This document shows, piece after piece, positions 23,101 to 36,479 of a DNA stretch of 64,000 bases; position 1 is the stretch's first letter; each line of letters begins with the position of its first letter. The notes under the pieces were generated by a model. It was given only the letters and a program-made list of their open reading frames with translations, was not told where the DNA came from and made no database searches. Made by a program: the position numbers and the translations under genes. Origin of the DNA: Squalus acanthias (Eukaryota); the NCBI GenBank assembly GCA_030390025.1, contig CM059431.1:139502001-139566000 (forward strand), written 5' to 3'.

Positions 23101-24290
23101 CAGACAGTGTGTAACTCGGGGAGGATGGGCCCATTGAGATCAGACAGTGTGTATCGCGGGAAGGATGGGCCCAGTGAGATCAGACAGTGTGTAACCCGGC
23201 GAGGATGGGCCCAGTGAGGTCAGACAGTGTGTAACCCGGGGAGAATGGGCCCAGTGAGATCAAACAGTGTGTATCCCTTTGACGATGGGCCCAGTGAGAT
23301 CAGACAGTGTGGAACCCGAGGAGGATAAGCCGACTGAGGTCAGACAGTGTGTAACCCTGCAGGGATTGGTCCAGTGAGGTCAGGCAGTGTGTAACCCGGG
23401 GAGGATGAGCCCAGTGAGATCAGACATTGTGTAACCCGGGGAGGATGTTTCCAGTGAGATCACACAGTGTGTAACCCGGGGAAGATGGGTCCAGTGAGAT
23501 CAGCTAGTGTGTAAACCGTTGAGGATGGGCCCAGTGAGATCAGACAGTGTGTATCACTTTGAGGATTGGCCCAGAGAGGTCAGACAGTGTGTAACCCTGG
23601 AGGGATTGGTCCAGTGAGGTCAGGCAGTGTGTAACCCGGGGAGGATGAGCCCAGTGAGATCAGACATTGTGCAATCCGGGGAGGATGTTTCCAGTGAGAT
23701 CACACAGTGTGTAACCCGGGGAAGATGGGTCCAGTGAGATCAGCTAGTGTGTAAACCGTTGAGGATGTGCCCAGTGGGATCAGACAGTGTGTAACTCTGG
23801 GAGGATGGGCCCACTGATATCAGAGAGATCTAACCCGAGGAGAATAGGCCCAGTGAGATCAGACAGTGTGTAACCCGGGGAGGATGGGCCCATTGAGACC
23901 AGACTTCATGTAACCAGGGGTGGATGCTTCCAGTGAGATCAGACAGTGTGTAACCCGTTGGTGATGGGCCCAGTGAGATCAGACAGTGTGTCACCAGGGG
24001 AGGATGTGCCCAGTGAGATCAAGCAGTGTTTAACACGGGGAGGCTGGGCCCAGTGAGATCAGACATTGTGTACCCCGCGGAAGATGGGCCAAGTGAGATC
24101 AGGCAGTGTGTGACCCGGGGAGGGTGGGCCCAGTGAGATCAGACTGTGTGTAACCCGGAAGGGCACAGTGAGATCAGACAGTGTGTAACCCTGAGGGGAT
24201 GGGCCCAGTGAGCTCAGACAGTGTGTAACCCGGGGAGGATGCGTCCAGTGCTATCAGACAGTGCGTTACCTGGGAATGATGGCCCCAGTG
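20120..24290. repeat. 40-bp minisatellite, ~100 copies, with higher-order duplication
   Basis: Consensus CCCAGTGAGATCAGACAGTGTGTAACCCGGGGAGGATGGG. Confidence 0.97.
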
Positions 24291-24662
24291 TGAAAAGGAA
24301 GATTCGGTTTGCCTAAAGCACAGAAAAATTGTATATTTCCATCCAGAACTTTGGTGATTTGCTGGTAGCCCAGATGGGCATGGCGGGGATCTAAGAAAAG
24401 GGACAAAATGAGACAGAAATTCTCGCACCCAAACTTTTATTTTTACTCGGCAGAAGTAAAGTCTACATTACATTACTTCACACTATCCATACTGTTATTT
24501 GCTGTCCTGCCTTAATAAGATGTCCCAGTGAATGACTGACTGAATGAGGAAGGTCCACAGCTGGAGTAAACATGGATTGTAGACTGAGGAACGACAGCAG
24601 CTGAACCTGCACAAGATTGTGTGAGCACCAGCCAGAGATAACCCTTCCTTTTCAAAGACTTC

Positions 24663-27455
24663 CAGAGATCGACTGGGGAAAAATGTAATCGAGAGTCCCA
24701 TTGACTCAGATAAACACTGCTCCTGGAGATGGACTGGGTAGAAAGGTCAGAGAGAGTCCCATTGACTCAGATAAACACTGCTCCTGGAGATGGACTAGGG
24801 AGAAAGGTCAGAGAGAGTCCCATTAACTCAGATAAACACTGGTCCTGGAGATGATCCGGGAGAAAGGTCAAAGAGAGAGTGCCATTGACTCAGATACACA
24901 CTGGTCCTGGAGATGGACTGGGGAGAAAGGTCAGAGAGAGTCCCATTGACTCAGATACACAATGGTCTCGGAGATGGACTGGGGTGTGTGCATGAGTGTA
25001 GCACAGTTGATGTAGTCTACATGGACTTCAGTACGACTTTTGACAAAGTTCCGCATGGGAGACTGGTCAAGTAGGTAAGATCCCAATGGATCCAGGGCAA
25101 TTTCGCACATTGGATCCAAAATTGGCTTCGTGGCAGGTGGCAGAGGGTGATTGCCGAAGGTTGTTTTTGTGACTGGAAGCCTGTGTCCAGTGGTGTACCG
25201 CAGGGATCGGTGCTGGGTCCCTTGCTGTTTGTAGTGTACATTAATGATTTAGATATGAATGTAGGAGATATGATCAGTAAGTTCGCAGATGACACGAAAA
25301 TTGTTGGAGTGGTAAATAGCGAGGAGGGAAGCCTCAGGCTACAGGACGATATAGATGGGTTGGTTAGATGGGCAGAACAGTTGGAAATGGAATTTAACCC
25401 TGAAAAGTGTGAGGTGATGCATTTTGGGAGGAGTAACAAGGCAAGGGAATACACAATGAATGGTAGGACCCTAGGAAGGACAGAGGATCAAAGGGACCTT
25501 GGTGTGCATGTACATAGATCCCCGAAGGCAGAAGGACAGGTAGATAAGGTGGTTAAAAGGCATATGGGGAATTTTCCTTCTTTAGCCGAGGCATATAATT
25601 TAAGAGCAGGGATGTTTATGATGGAGCTGTACAAAACGCATGTTAGACCACAGCTGGAAAACTGTGTGCAGTTCTGGTCGCCACACTATAGGAAGGATGT
25701 AATTGCATTGGAGAGGGTGCAGAGGAGATTCACCAGGATTTTACCTGGGCTGGAGCGCTTCAGCTATGAGAGAGACTGGATAGGCTGGGGTTGTTTTCCT
25801 TAGAGCAGAGAAGTCTGAGGGGGGACCTGATTGAGTTGTACAAAATTATGAGGGGCATAGATGGGGTAGATAGAAAGGAACTGTTCCCCTTAGTAGAGGG
25901 GTCAATAACTAGGGGGCATAGTTTCAAGATAAGGGACAGGAGGTTTAGAGGTGATTCGAGGAAAAACGTTTTCACCCAGAGGGTGGTTGGAATCTGGAAA
26001 TCACTGCCTGAAAGGATGGTAGAGGCAGGAACCCTCACAACATTCAAGAAGCTTTTAGATGAGCACTTGAAACGCAATAGCATACAAGGCTAGGGACCAT
26101 GTGCTGGAAAATGGGATTACAATAGACAGGGCTTGATGGTCGGCGCGGACACGATTGGCCGAAGGGCCTCTTTCTGTGCTGTATAATTCTATGACTCTAT
26201 TAATCTATAAAGATCAGAGAGAGTCCCATTGACTCAGATACACACTGGTCCTGGAGATCGACTGGGGAGAAAGATCAGAGACAGTCCCATTGACTCAGAT
26301 ACAGACTGGTCCTGGAGAAGGATTGAGGAGAAAGGTCAGAGAATGTCCCATTGACTGAGATACACACTGGTCCTGGAGATGGACTGCCGAAAAATCTCAG
26401 AGAGTGTCCCATTGAATGAAATACACTCTGGTCCCGGAAATGGACTGGGGAGAAAGGTCAGAGAGAGTTCCATTGATTCAGATTCACACTGGTCCTGGAG
26501 ATGGACTGGGGGGAAAGGTCAAAGAGAGTCCCATTGAGTCAGATACACACTGGTCCTGGAGATGGACTGGGGAGAAAGGTCAGCGAGTGTCCCATTGAAC
26601 AGATACACACTGGACCCGGAGATGGACTGGGGAGAAAGGTCAGAGAGAGTCACATGGACTGTGATACATACTGGTCCTGGAAATGGACTGGAGAGAATGG
26701 TCAGAGAGAGTCCCATTGACACTGATACACACTGGTCCTGGAGATGGACTGGGGAGAATAGCCAGAGAGCGTCCGATTGATTCAGGTACACACTGGTTCT
26801 TGAGATGGACTGCGGAGAAAGGTCAGAGAGAGTCCCATTAACTCAGATACACACTGGTCCTGGAGATGAACTGGGGAGAAAGGTCAGAGAGAGTCCCATT
26901 GACTCAGATACACACTGGTCCTGGAGATGGACTGCGGAGAAAGGTCAGAAATGTACCATTGACTCAGATACACACTGGTCCTGGAGATGGTACTGGGGCA
27001 AAGGTCAGAGAGAGTCCTATTGACAAAGATACACACTGGTTGTCGAGATGTACTGGGGAGAAAGATCAGAGAGAGTCCCATTGACTCAGATACACACTGG
27101 TCCTGGAGATGGACTGGGGAGAAAGGTCAGAGAGACTCCCATTGACTCAGATACACACTGGTCCTGGAGATGAACTGGGGAGAAAGGTCAGAGAGTGTCC
27201 CTATGACCAGATACACACTGGTCCTGGAGATGGACTGGGGAGAAAGGTCAGAGAGAGTCCCATTGACTCAGATACAAACTGGACCTGGAGATGAACTGGG
27301 GAGAAAGGTCAGAGACAGTCCCATTGACTCAGATACACACTCGCCCTGGAGATGGACTGGGGAGAAAGGTCAGAGAGAATCAAATTAACTCAGATACACA
27401 CTGGTCCTGGAGATGGACTGGGGAGAAAGGTCAGAGATTATCCCATTGTCTCAGA
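24663..27455. repeat. 61-bp minisatellite, ~25 copies, split by a CR1 insertion
   Basis: Consensus GAGAGTCCCATTGACTCAGATACACACTGGTCCTGGAGATGGACTGGGGAGAAAGGTCAGA. Confidence 0.95.
24984..26200 (+). mobile_element. CR1 LINE 3' fragment inside the 61-bp array
   Basis: ORFs 25147-25803 and 25791-26093 (GVPQGSVLGP, KFADD, CVQFWSP, FTQRVVGIW) and tail ttctatgactctat. Confidence 0.93.
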
Positions 27456-28741
27456 TGATGTCCTCCACACTATTACTGCAAATTTCTTTTGTCCAGTCTA
27501 TATGTAGCTTAAAGTCCCCCGTGATTACTGTATTACCTTTGTAATTGACCCTCTAATTTCCTGATTCATACTCTGCCCTATATTACAACTACTACGCATG
27601 GGCCTATAAACTACTCCCACAAATGTTTTCTCCCCCTTGCTGTTCTTCGCTCCACCTAAACCTATAATTTTACTTGATTTTCGGAGCTAAGTTCCTTTTT
27701 CTCTACTGTCTTTATCCAATCCTTTATCGATACGGAGACCAAAACTGTGCACGGTACTCCGGGTGTGGTCTCACGAAAGCCCTGTACAATTGTATCAAGA
27801 CTTCCTGACTGTTTAACTCTAACCTACTTGTAATAATGTCCAACGTGCCATCGCCTTCCTAATTGCTTGCTGTACCTGCATGCTAACTTTGTTTCCTGTA
27901 CGAGAACACCTAAATCTCCCTGAACACCAACATTTAATAATTTTTCACCATTTAAAAAAGGTTCTGTTTTTCTGTTCTTCCTACTAAAGTGAATAACCTC
28001 ACATTTCCCAACATTATATTCCATCTGTCAACTTATTGCCCACACACTTAACCTGGCCACCTCCCTTTGCAGGCTCTTTGTGTGTCCTCCTCATAGCTTA
28101 ATTCCCCACCTAGCTTTGTATCATAAGCAAACCCGGATACATTGCACTCGGTCCCTTCATCTAAGTCATTAATATAGATTGTAATTAGCAGAGGCCCGAG
28201 CACTGATCCTTGTGGCACCCCAGTTGTTACAGCCTGTCAATCTGAAAATTACCTGTTTATCCCTTCTCTCCGTTTTCTGTCCGTTAACCAATCCTCTATT
28301 AATGCTAATAGAGTAATAACGTCACAGAAGGAGGCCATTCGGCCCATTGAGTCCGTGCCTGCTCTCTGTAGAGCAATCCAGTTATTCCCATTTCACCGCT
28401 CTAGCCCCGTAGCCCTGCAAGTTTATTTCCCTCAAGTGCCTATCCAGTCTCCGCTTGAAAATATTCAGTGTGTCCGCTTCCACCACTTCCGTTGGCAATG
28501 AGTTCAAGGTCCTCACCACTCTGCCCTATCATATTATGATATTCTAAGTGCCCTCTTACCACTTCCTTAAAAATGGATTCCAACATTTTCCCGACGTCAG
28601 GCTCACTGACCTGTTGTTCCATGCTTTCTCTTTTCCCCCTTTTTTGAATAGCGGGCTTACATATGCGACCTTCCAATCCGCTGGGACCATTCCAAAGTCT
28701 AGGGAATTTTGGAAGATCAAACCCAATGCATCCACTATCTC

Positions 28742-29199
28742 GATAGCAAAATACTGCGGATGCTGGAAATCCGAAATAACAACAGAAAACGCTGGAAAAA
28801 CTCAGCAGGCCAGGCAGCATCCGTGGAGAGAGAAAGAGAGTTAACGTTTCAGGTCGATGACCTTTCATCAGAACTGGGAAGAGCCGGAAATCAAATAGAT
28901 TTAATGCCAGGGTAAAGCTGGGAAAAGGGGGAGGGGATAAAGGAACAAAGGGGGAGATGAAGAGACATTAAGAGATATGCAAGGCTAGAGGTGGTGTTAA
29001 TGTGACAGATTAAGGCTGAAAGAAGCGGGAAATCCACTGGCAGAATGAAGGACAGCTGCCAGCTTCTAGGAGGAAAAAAAAGGTGGGGGGGGGCAAATAA
29101 AAGGGTGGAAAAAATAAAATATAAATGTGATTGGAGCTGAGGTTATGATCTAAAATTGTTGAACTCGATATTGAGTCCAGAGGGCTGTAGCATGCCTAA
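28742..29199 (-). mobile_element. Penelope pLTR fragment (family A) inserted in CR1
   Basis: 8-bp TSD ACTATCTC (28734-28741, 29200-29207). Homologous to 136-570. Confidence 0.85.
28839..28875 (-). ncRNA. Minimal hammerhead ribozyme motif, best-preserved family A copy
   Basis: AGUU-CUGAUGA-A-AGGUC-AUC-GACCU-GAAAC-GUU-AACU. Confidence 0.8.
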
Positions 29200-31029
29200 A
29201 CTATCTCTTCAGCCACCACTTTCAGAACCCTAGGATGTAGGCCGTCAGGTCCAGGGGATTTGTCGGCTTTTAGTCCCATTAGTTTCTCAAGTACTTTTTA
29301 TCTAATTATATTAATTACGTTAAGTTCCTCACCCTCATTAGACCCTTGGTTCTCCACCATTTTTGGTATGCTTTTTGTGTCTTCTACTGTGAAGACAGAT
29401 ACAAAATATGTGTTTAACGTTTCTGCCATTTCCTTATTCCCCATAATAATTTATCCTGTCTCAGCCTCTAAGGGACCAACGTTTACTTTTGCTACATTTT
29501 TCCTTTTTACATACTCTGACAATCTGCTTTTATATTGCTTGCTTGTTTTCTTTCATTCTATTTTTTACCTTTTTAACAATGTTTTGGTCAATCTTTGCTG
29601 GTTTCGGAAACTCTCCCAATCCTCAGGCTTATTAATTATTCTTTGCAAAATTATAAGCTTCTTTGGTCAATCTAATACTGTCGTTAACTTCTTTAGTTAG
29701 CCACGGTTGGATCACTTTTCACCTGGAGTTTTTGTTTCTCAATGGAATGTATTTTTGTTGAGAATTGAAATATTTATTTAAATGCTAGCCACTGCTTATC
29801 TACCGCCACATCTTTTAATCTATTTTTCAAATCTACCTTAGCCAACTCGCCCCTCATACCTATATAATTGGCTTTATTTAAGTTTAAAACTCTCGTTTCG
29901 GACTTAGGCAAGTCACTCTCAAAATTAATGTAAAATTATATCATATTATGAGCACACTGCCCCAGAGGATCCTTTACTGTGAGATTGCTAATTAACCCTG
30001 TCTCATTACACAATACTACATCTAAAATAGCCTCTTCCCTGGTTGGTTCCATGACACATTGTTCTAGGAAACTGTCCCGAATGCATACGTCCTCCAGACT
30101 ACCTTTGCCTATTTGATTTGTCCAGTCTATATGAAGATTAAAGTACCCCAAGATTATTGCATTACGTTTGTTGCAAGCTCCTACTATTTCTTGATTAGTA
30201 TTCTGTTCAATGGTATAGCTACTGTTGGTGGTCTACATACTACTCCTACCAGTGTTTTCTGCCCCTTGTTATTCCTCATCTCAACCCATACTGATTGTAC
30301 TTCCTGATCTTCTGAGCTGAGATCCTTTCTCGCTACTGTCCTTATGTCATCCTTTATTATCAGGGCTACTCCCCCTCCTTTTCAATTCTGCCTGTCTTTT
30401 TGGAACGTCAAGTACTCTGGAACATTTAGTTCCCAACCTTGGCCACTTTGCAACCATGTCTCTGTAATGGCTATTCTATCAAACCCATGTATCTTTATTT
30501 GTGCCACGAGTTCATCTTTCTTTATATGAATGCTTCGTGCATTCAGATAAAAAGCCTTTAATTATTTTTTTACCATTATTCCCTGCTTTGACCTTATTGT
30601 CTGCTGCACTGCTACCATTAAACTCTCTGTCGCTTCCTGTCACACTCTGCTTATTTTACCCAAATCGCTACACTGCTCTATTGCCTTGACCTTTCCCTTT
30701 AAATTTATAAATGTCCCCTGACCTGATCCCCCCCTTTTTTAGTTTAAAGCCCTATCTAATGCCCTATTTACTGTCGCCTACTACTACCACATTCCTTCCT
30801 TCTCCCCCAACTTGGATGGCCCCCTGTACCACAGTGCCGTGGCACCACAATGGGAATGTTTAACATGGAGATGTGTGATCACACAAAAAACTATTGAAGA
30901 GGAATATTATCCAGCTGGTTAATGCTGGTTCATTATTGTGGGTATCATTTCTCGAGTCTGTAACAACATTTGGTGCAGAGAATATGGGATGGGTTTTGGA
31001 TTATGCTGTACTTCAAATAGCTTTTAAAT

Positions 31030-31190
31030 ATTAAAGCAATATACTACGAATGCTGGAAATCTGAAATAAAAACAAAAACTGCTGGAAATACTCAGCAGGT
31101 TAAACAGCATGTGGAGAGAAAAACTGAGTTAATTCTTTCTGATTCTGACGAAAGGTAATTGACCTGATTCGTTAACTCTTTCTGTATTCT
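31030..31190. mobile_element. Degenerate fold-back pLTR fragment (family A)
   Basis: gctggaaatactcagcagg...gagttaa followed by ctgacgaaaggtaattgacctgattcgttaactc (GAAA box lost). Confidence 0.7.
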
Positions 31191-32345
31191 TTTCTGAAAG
31201 CCTTATCGTCCTGCCTGCCACATTCAAAAATTTCTGTATGTATACCCCCAAGTTGTTCTGTTCCTGCAACCCCTTTAATTTGTACCAGTTAGTTTATATT
31301 GCATCGCCTCATTCTTCTTTCGAAAATGCAGCACTTCACACTTCTCTGTATTAAATTACACCTGCCATGTGTCTGCCCATTTCACCAGACTGTGTATTTC
31401 CTCCTGAAGTCTTCTGCTATCCTCCTCATGGTTTACGACTTTTCCGAGATTCATGTCATCTATAAACTTTTAAATTATGCTCTATATACCTAAGTCCAGT
31501 TCACTAAAATATATCAAAAAGAGCAGTGATCCTAATACCGACCCCTGGGGACACTGTATACATCCCTCCAGTGTGAAAAATATCGGTTTACAACTACTTT
31601 CTGTCCTTTCGCCAATTTAGTATCTACGCTGCCACTGCTCCTGTAATATCATTGGCTTCAATTTTGTTAAACAGACTATATGAGGTAGTTTATCAAACGC
31701 CGTCTGATAGTCCATATACAGAACATCAACTGTACTACCCACATCAACCCTCTCCTATTTCATCGATTAACTCATTCAAGTCAGGCAGATTTGATTTGCC
31801 TTTTAAAATAAAATCAATTTCCTGTCGCTAATTAACCCATGTTCTTCCAAGTGACATGAATTTTGCTTCGGATTTTTGTCCCTAGAAGCTCCATCAATAC
31901 CGTTGTAAAGCTGAGTCGCCTGTAGTTATTTGGGTTATCACTTTGTCCTTTTTTGAAGTGGGAAGTAACGTTTGCAACCCTTCAGTCCTCTGGCACCTCT
32001 CCCATAACCAAGGATTGGAAATTTGTGGCAGAGCGGGTGACTTTTCTACTTTGAGCCCTGCAATCCGTTTTAGTACATCGTCCTAATCCATTGATATCGT
32101 CTCCCATTTCTCAACCACCTCTTCCTTTACTGTACGATTGGCAGCATCCTCTTCTTTAGTGAATACGGATGCAAAGTGTTAATTTAGTACCTCAGCCATG
32201 TCCGCTGCTTCCACAAGCTGATTGTCTTTTTGGTCCCAAATCGGCCCCACCTTTCCTTGGACTATTATTTGACGGTTTATATATTTATAAAGGGCGTTAG
32301 TGTTCCCTATTACGTTACCGCTAATCATTTCACATACATTCTCCT
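31190..32345 (-). mobile_element. Old CR1 LINE RT fragment
   Basis: Reverse complement of GVPQGSVLG, the DD motif and LM/YM-DF regions. Heavily decayed. Confidence 0.75.
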
Positions 32346-32761
32346 TGCCCCTCTGTTGTTGATGTTGTGTATTTATTACACTAGTGGCAGCATTAGTGAA
32401 ACAGCAAAGTACTGAATTTTACAAAGTCTCAAACTGTTTATAAATTAACTGAATCGCTTTTACATTTCCATGGGGAAAGTAAAGGACGCTGATTGATAGT
32501 TCCAATGGACGCACGTGCGCGGGCACACACACAAATGGAGAATTATGATTGCAAAACAGCAGTCAACTCCACCAGATGTATATTCAAGGTGTTTTCTGAG
32601 ATCCCACAGCTAACAGCTTTTGTACTTATGGGAGAGGAGCGATTTGATATCATGTTTAACAAGGCAGCGTTCTCCTTCTCATTTTAATATTTCTATCTAA
32701 CATTTCTATTAATATTATATTTGTTACAGAGCATCAGAATCTGGGAACGCCTGTCACCACC

Positions 32762-32825
32762 ATGGCTGAAGGTCCAAACAGGGGAGAAGATCCAACATCT
32801 TCAAAAAGAATGAGAATGGACACTG
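32762..32825 (+). CDS. NLR coding exon 1 (MAEGPNRGEDPTSSKRMRMDT)
   Basis: Acceptor ttacag ends at 32729, strong Kozak ccaccATGG, phase-1 donor gtagg matches the next exon. Confidence 0.75.
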
Positions 32826-32879
32826 GTAGGTTCAGAAAACACTTCAAAATATAATTTCTGTCCCGACAAAATGTCCAGA

Positions 32880-34170
32880 TCAAATGCATGAACCTGGAGC
32901 GCACACAGGAAGAGGGAACAGAACAGGGGCTGAGTATAAAGAGGGAAATGAGTGACCATCTAGAGAGACATCGCAGTCACAGGTGGAGGGAGCCCTGAGT
33001 ACTGGAACTGTTCAATAGATACCAGGTATTGGAGATTATAAGATGCATCGAGGCAGTGACTCAGAGGAGGGTCTTCCTGAGCAACAGTGTGGCACCAGAG
33101 AGCAGGAGGTCACCCAGCGGGGCGAGAGTGAGAGGTAGGTGGGGCACAGCAATAGGAGAGCGATACTGGTGGCAGATTGTATATTCGATGGAATAAACAA
33201 CCTCGTCTGCAGCGCTGAGCAGGCCCCGAATGTTTAGTTGCCTCCCTGGTGCCAGAGGGAAGAATGTCCTTGAACGGGTGGGACCATCTCTGGGAAGGAA
33301 AGGAAAGGAGAGCAGGAAATAGCAGTGGTCGGAACCGGTAACACGGATAGAAATACGTTTATAGAGGGACTTTTAACACTTAGGCACTAAACTAAGCAAA
33401 AAGGCCGCAAGATGTTGAATTCCGGCCGGTTTTGCACTGGGCTGCTGAAGGAGGGATATATGAGGCTGATCAATGCGCGGCTGCAGGGCTGGAGAAGGAG
33501 GGAAGGGTTCACGCACTTGGGGCGCTAGAGTGAGTTCCGTTGGAAGCGAAGGGAAGGCCGCGTTCTGTATTGAAAAATAATTCTGTTTTTACAGAAAAGG
33601 TGAATGGAAAAGTTATTGGCAAGAAAAAGGAAGGAGGATTTGAAGTAGTGAGAGAGAAAGTCACTTATTTCTTTTTTTCAAGAAGGAACGGGGACCAGCC
33701 AACATTTCAAACATTGGAGCGCGTATTGAGTGTTGTGTGTGTGAGTGTACAAATCATTCCAAACATTCAGAAGCATGAGAGATGTGATCGAGTATCTATA
33801 AGACAGGGCCTGGGTTTTCACAGGACTCAGAGGGAGATGTTTCTGGTGATAACATTTTGAGGGAAGAACAAAACATTTTTGGACGCCAGTATTAATAAGA
33901 TAGAGGTGTGACTGACGAATCTAGTTGTGGAGGAATGCAATTTTGGGGCGATACAAAATATTTCCTTTACTTTCTAAAAATGATGGTTGAAGTGAGAAAG
34001 TTGATGTACTAGAGGAGGATGTGGGTTCAGTTAGAGACACTGTGGAGAAGGATTTAGATCTGAGTAAAATAGCCGAGGTGGAGAACTCACTGGGCTCAGA
34101 AATAATGCACCCCAGACTGTTAAAGGAAGTCAGAGAGGCGATAGGAGGGACAGACCACAGCATTTCAACC
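32880..34170 (+). mobile_element. Highly decayed CR1 ORF1/ORF2 remnants
   Basis: CLPGARG near 33238 (SGNH-like ORF1) and MHPRLLKEV near 34105. Confidence 0.55.
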
Positions 34171-34624
34171 CACGTTTAATATCAAAAATATACAGTTGGA
34201 CTGAGCCCAAACAATGTTTCTGTTATAATGTGGAGAGTGGATTAACCTTGTTACCAGAGACTATTGTGTAGAAACTCCTCAAATCTGTTAATCCAGGTCG
34301 AATTAGCGAGCATTTAGCGATAAAGACGATGATGAGGGGAGGCTGGAATGGGTTAGCTGTAGAAAGGTTGTATGTGATAATTTTACGAACAACGACGAAC
34401 AGGTAAATACCCTTTGGAACAGCCAGACTTTCCCAGGCAATTGCGATACTTTGTCGATTCTTTGTTCTAGCTATCCCAAACAAAACCATGTGATCTCCTG
34501 GGTGAGGTGGAATAAAACAGGTAAAAACACAGGCCAAATTGGGGGATTAAAATACGGGAAATTCCTCTCGGACCCATCTAGGCGATTAAAACATAGTCCA
34601 ACAGATCAATCTTGCACTGAATTC

Positions 34625-35355
34625 CCTGAAGTGCCTACCTGTTGTAAGAGGTGATGTCCGCCCCAAACACGACCAGGTTCAGCTCTCGCCTGAAGGAATT
34701 CAGCGAGTCAGCGTCCACCGCATGAGAAGGTATCCTGTTCCAGAAGTCGACTATTCTCTGGGATAAGAACCACCTCCTGACATCTAACTTAAATTTGGCC
34801 TTGCACAACTTACAATTGTGACCCCTGACCCTCCCTAAACTATTGAATTGGAACAGACTGTCAACTGGAAAACAATCTTTTCCATTCATCATCCTATAAT
34901 CCTCAATCAGATCACCCGTAAGTCTTTGCTTCTCTAAAGTGTAGAGTCCAGGTTCTCAGCCTATCTTGATAGCTAAGTTGCTTTATATTGGGAATTAGTC
35001 CAATGTCCCTCCTCTGCAACAGTATCAAAGGCTCAATATCACCCACCATGTGAGGAGACCAAAACTGGACACAGTATTCCAAGTGAGGACTTTACCAAGG
35101 TCTTGTACGAGGACAAAATAGGCCGTCTTATACCCAACTGTCCTATGAATGCACCCCAACATCCTCTTTGTTCTAGTTTCCGCTTCACAGCATTGCTCCT
35201 ATACCTTTAGAGATGAATGCACAAGAGAGCCCGGATCTTCCTTTCTCCCCCTTATTTAATGCCATGAAGGGTGTATGGACGTTGAGCATTCGCACGGCCC
35301 ACAGGGACAACACGGCACCTACCCAAGCTAAATATCATTTGCCAATCATGAGCCC
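34625..35355 (-). mobile_element. CR1/L2-group LINE 3' fragment
   Basis: RVRGHNCKL..FLSQRIVDFWNRIP..SLNSFRREL and the LEYCVQFWSP region on the - strand. Confidence 0.8.
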
Positions 35356-35560
35356 AATCTCCCAACACATTAAATGCAGTTTTTTAGAGACGTGAGTATA
35401 CAGGTTTTGGAATTTTGTACATGCGCTGTATATGTGGGTTATCAGAAGGTTTTTGATAATGTGGCTCACAGGAAGCTTTAGCCGTTTGGTATAAGATGAA
35501 ATGTAGCCGCCTGGGTAGAAAATGGATAATGTGTTTAGTTTTCTCCATTTGTGTTCACAG

Positions 35561-35727
35561 ATCCGAACTCTACAATCACTGAGTTCTTGACAAAGTGCGA
35601 CGATTACCAACTGTTCCAGTTCACGAAATTCTACCGGGACAGACTGGAACAGGCGATTGAAGGAGGGGTGGATGGAGTAAGTTCGTTGTTAACATACGAG
35701 AGGCATTTCAGTGGACAAGAACATCGG
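35561..35727 (+). CDS. NLR coding exon 2, first half of the CARD-like domain
   Basis: Acceptor ttcacag, open frame DPNSTITEFL...FYRDRLEQAI...GQEHR, donor gtgagt (phase 1 to 0). Confidence 0.85.
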
Positions 35728-36479
35728 GTGAGTGGGAGGGACACAGAATGATTTTAGATTATTTAAACATCACAGAACTGACAGGATATCATAGCTTAGC
35801 ATCACAGAATGTTACAGAAGAGAAACAGGTCAAATAGGAAAGAAATAGATAAAAGTGAAAATATTGTGAATCTGAAACAATGATACGAAGAGGTGAAAAT
35901 ACCCAGCGGGTCCGTCCGTATCTGTACAAAGCACAGGGGAACGGTTCAGGTATAACTCTTGTGTGGACTGAAAACATAGGGAAACAGTTTTAGTGGGACT
36001 GGGAAAAGGAGAGACCAGAGGCAACAGACAGGGATTAAAGGGAAGGTCATGAGTTTACTGACCTGGAAACTACTTAACGTAAATTAAGGAACCGAGAGAT
36101 GACACAAATCATCTGTGGAGTAAATGAGAGTCATTTCAAGAACAAAAACAAAATGGTAAAATGGTTAAAATGTATGAGACCCGAACAAGAAATCTAATCC
36201 CCAAAAAATCAGAATTTAAAACCCGATGCTGTGCAGGTTTTTCCTCCCCCTGCATCACCGGGGGTCAATTCCAACTTCGGCAGAGACTCAATCCGGGCGG
36301 TAGAACCTGTGGTGGAGCGTCACTCCCCGGGAGAACACTTCAGGAAGTTACAGCAAGCAGCCTGAACTATTCTGTCAGTTACATTTAATGGAATAGAACT
36401 AAATAGAAATGATAATCGGGCAGGGTGTATAATGGACGGTCGACCTGCTGCCAACTTTCCAACTTGAGAATCTAGGAAA

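Larger units (their letters stand above)
27456..30840 (-). mobile_element. Composite of CR1 LINE fragments (endonuclease, RT and a 3' end)
   Basis: MEYNVGKCEVIHF, GKMLESIFK and FNLHIDW..EPTREEAILD on the - strand. Several rearranged pieces. Confidence 0.85.

Noticed and set aside
20120..24290. CRISPR-like regular array
   Set aside because: Units are contiguous with no unique spacers, there are no cas genes, and the context is eukaryotic. The same applies to the other arrays.
26416..27388. Multiple short repeated ORFs
   Set aside because: Translations of the 61-bp satellite.
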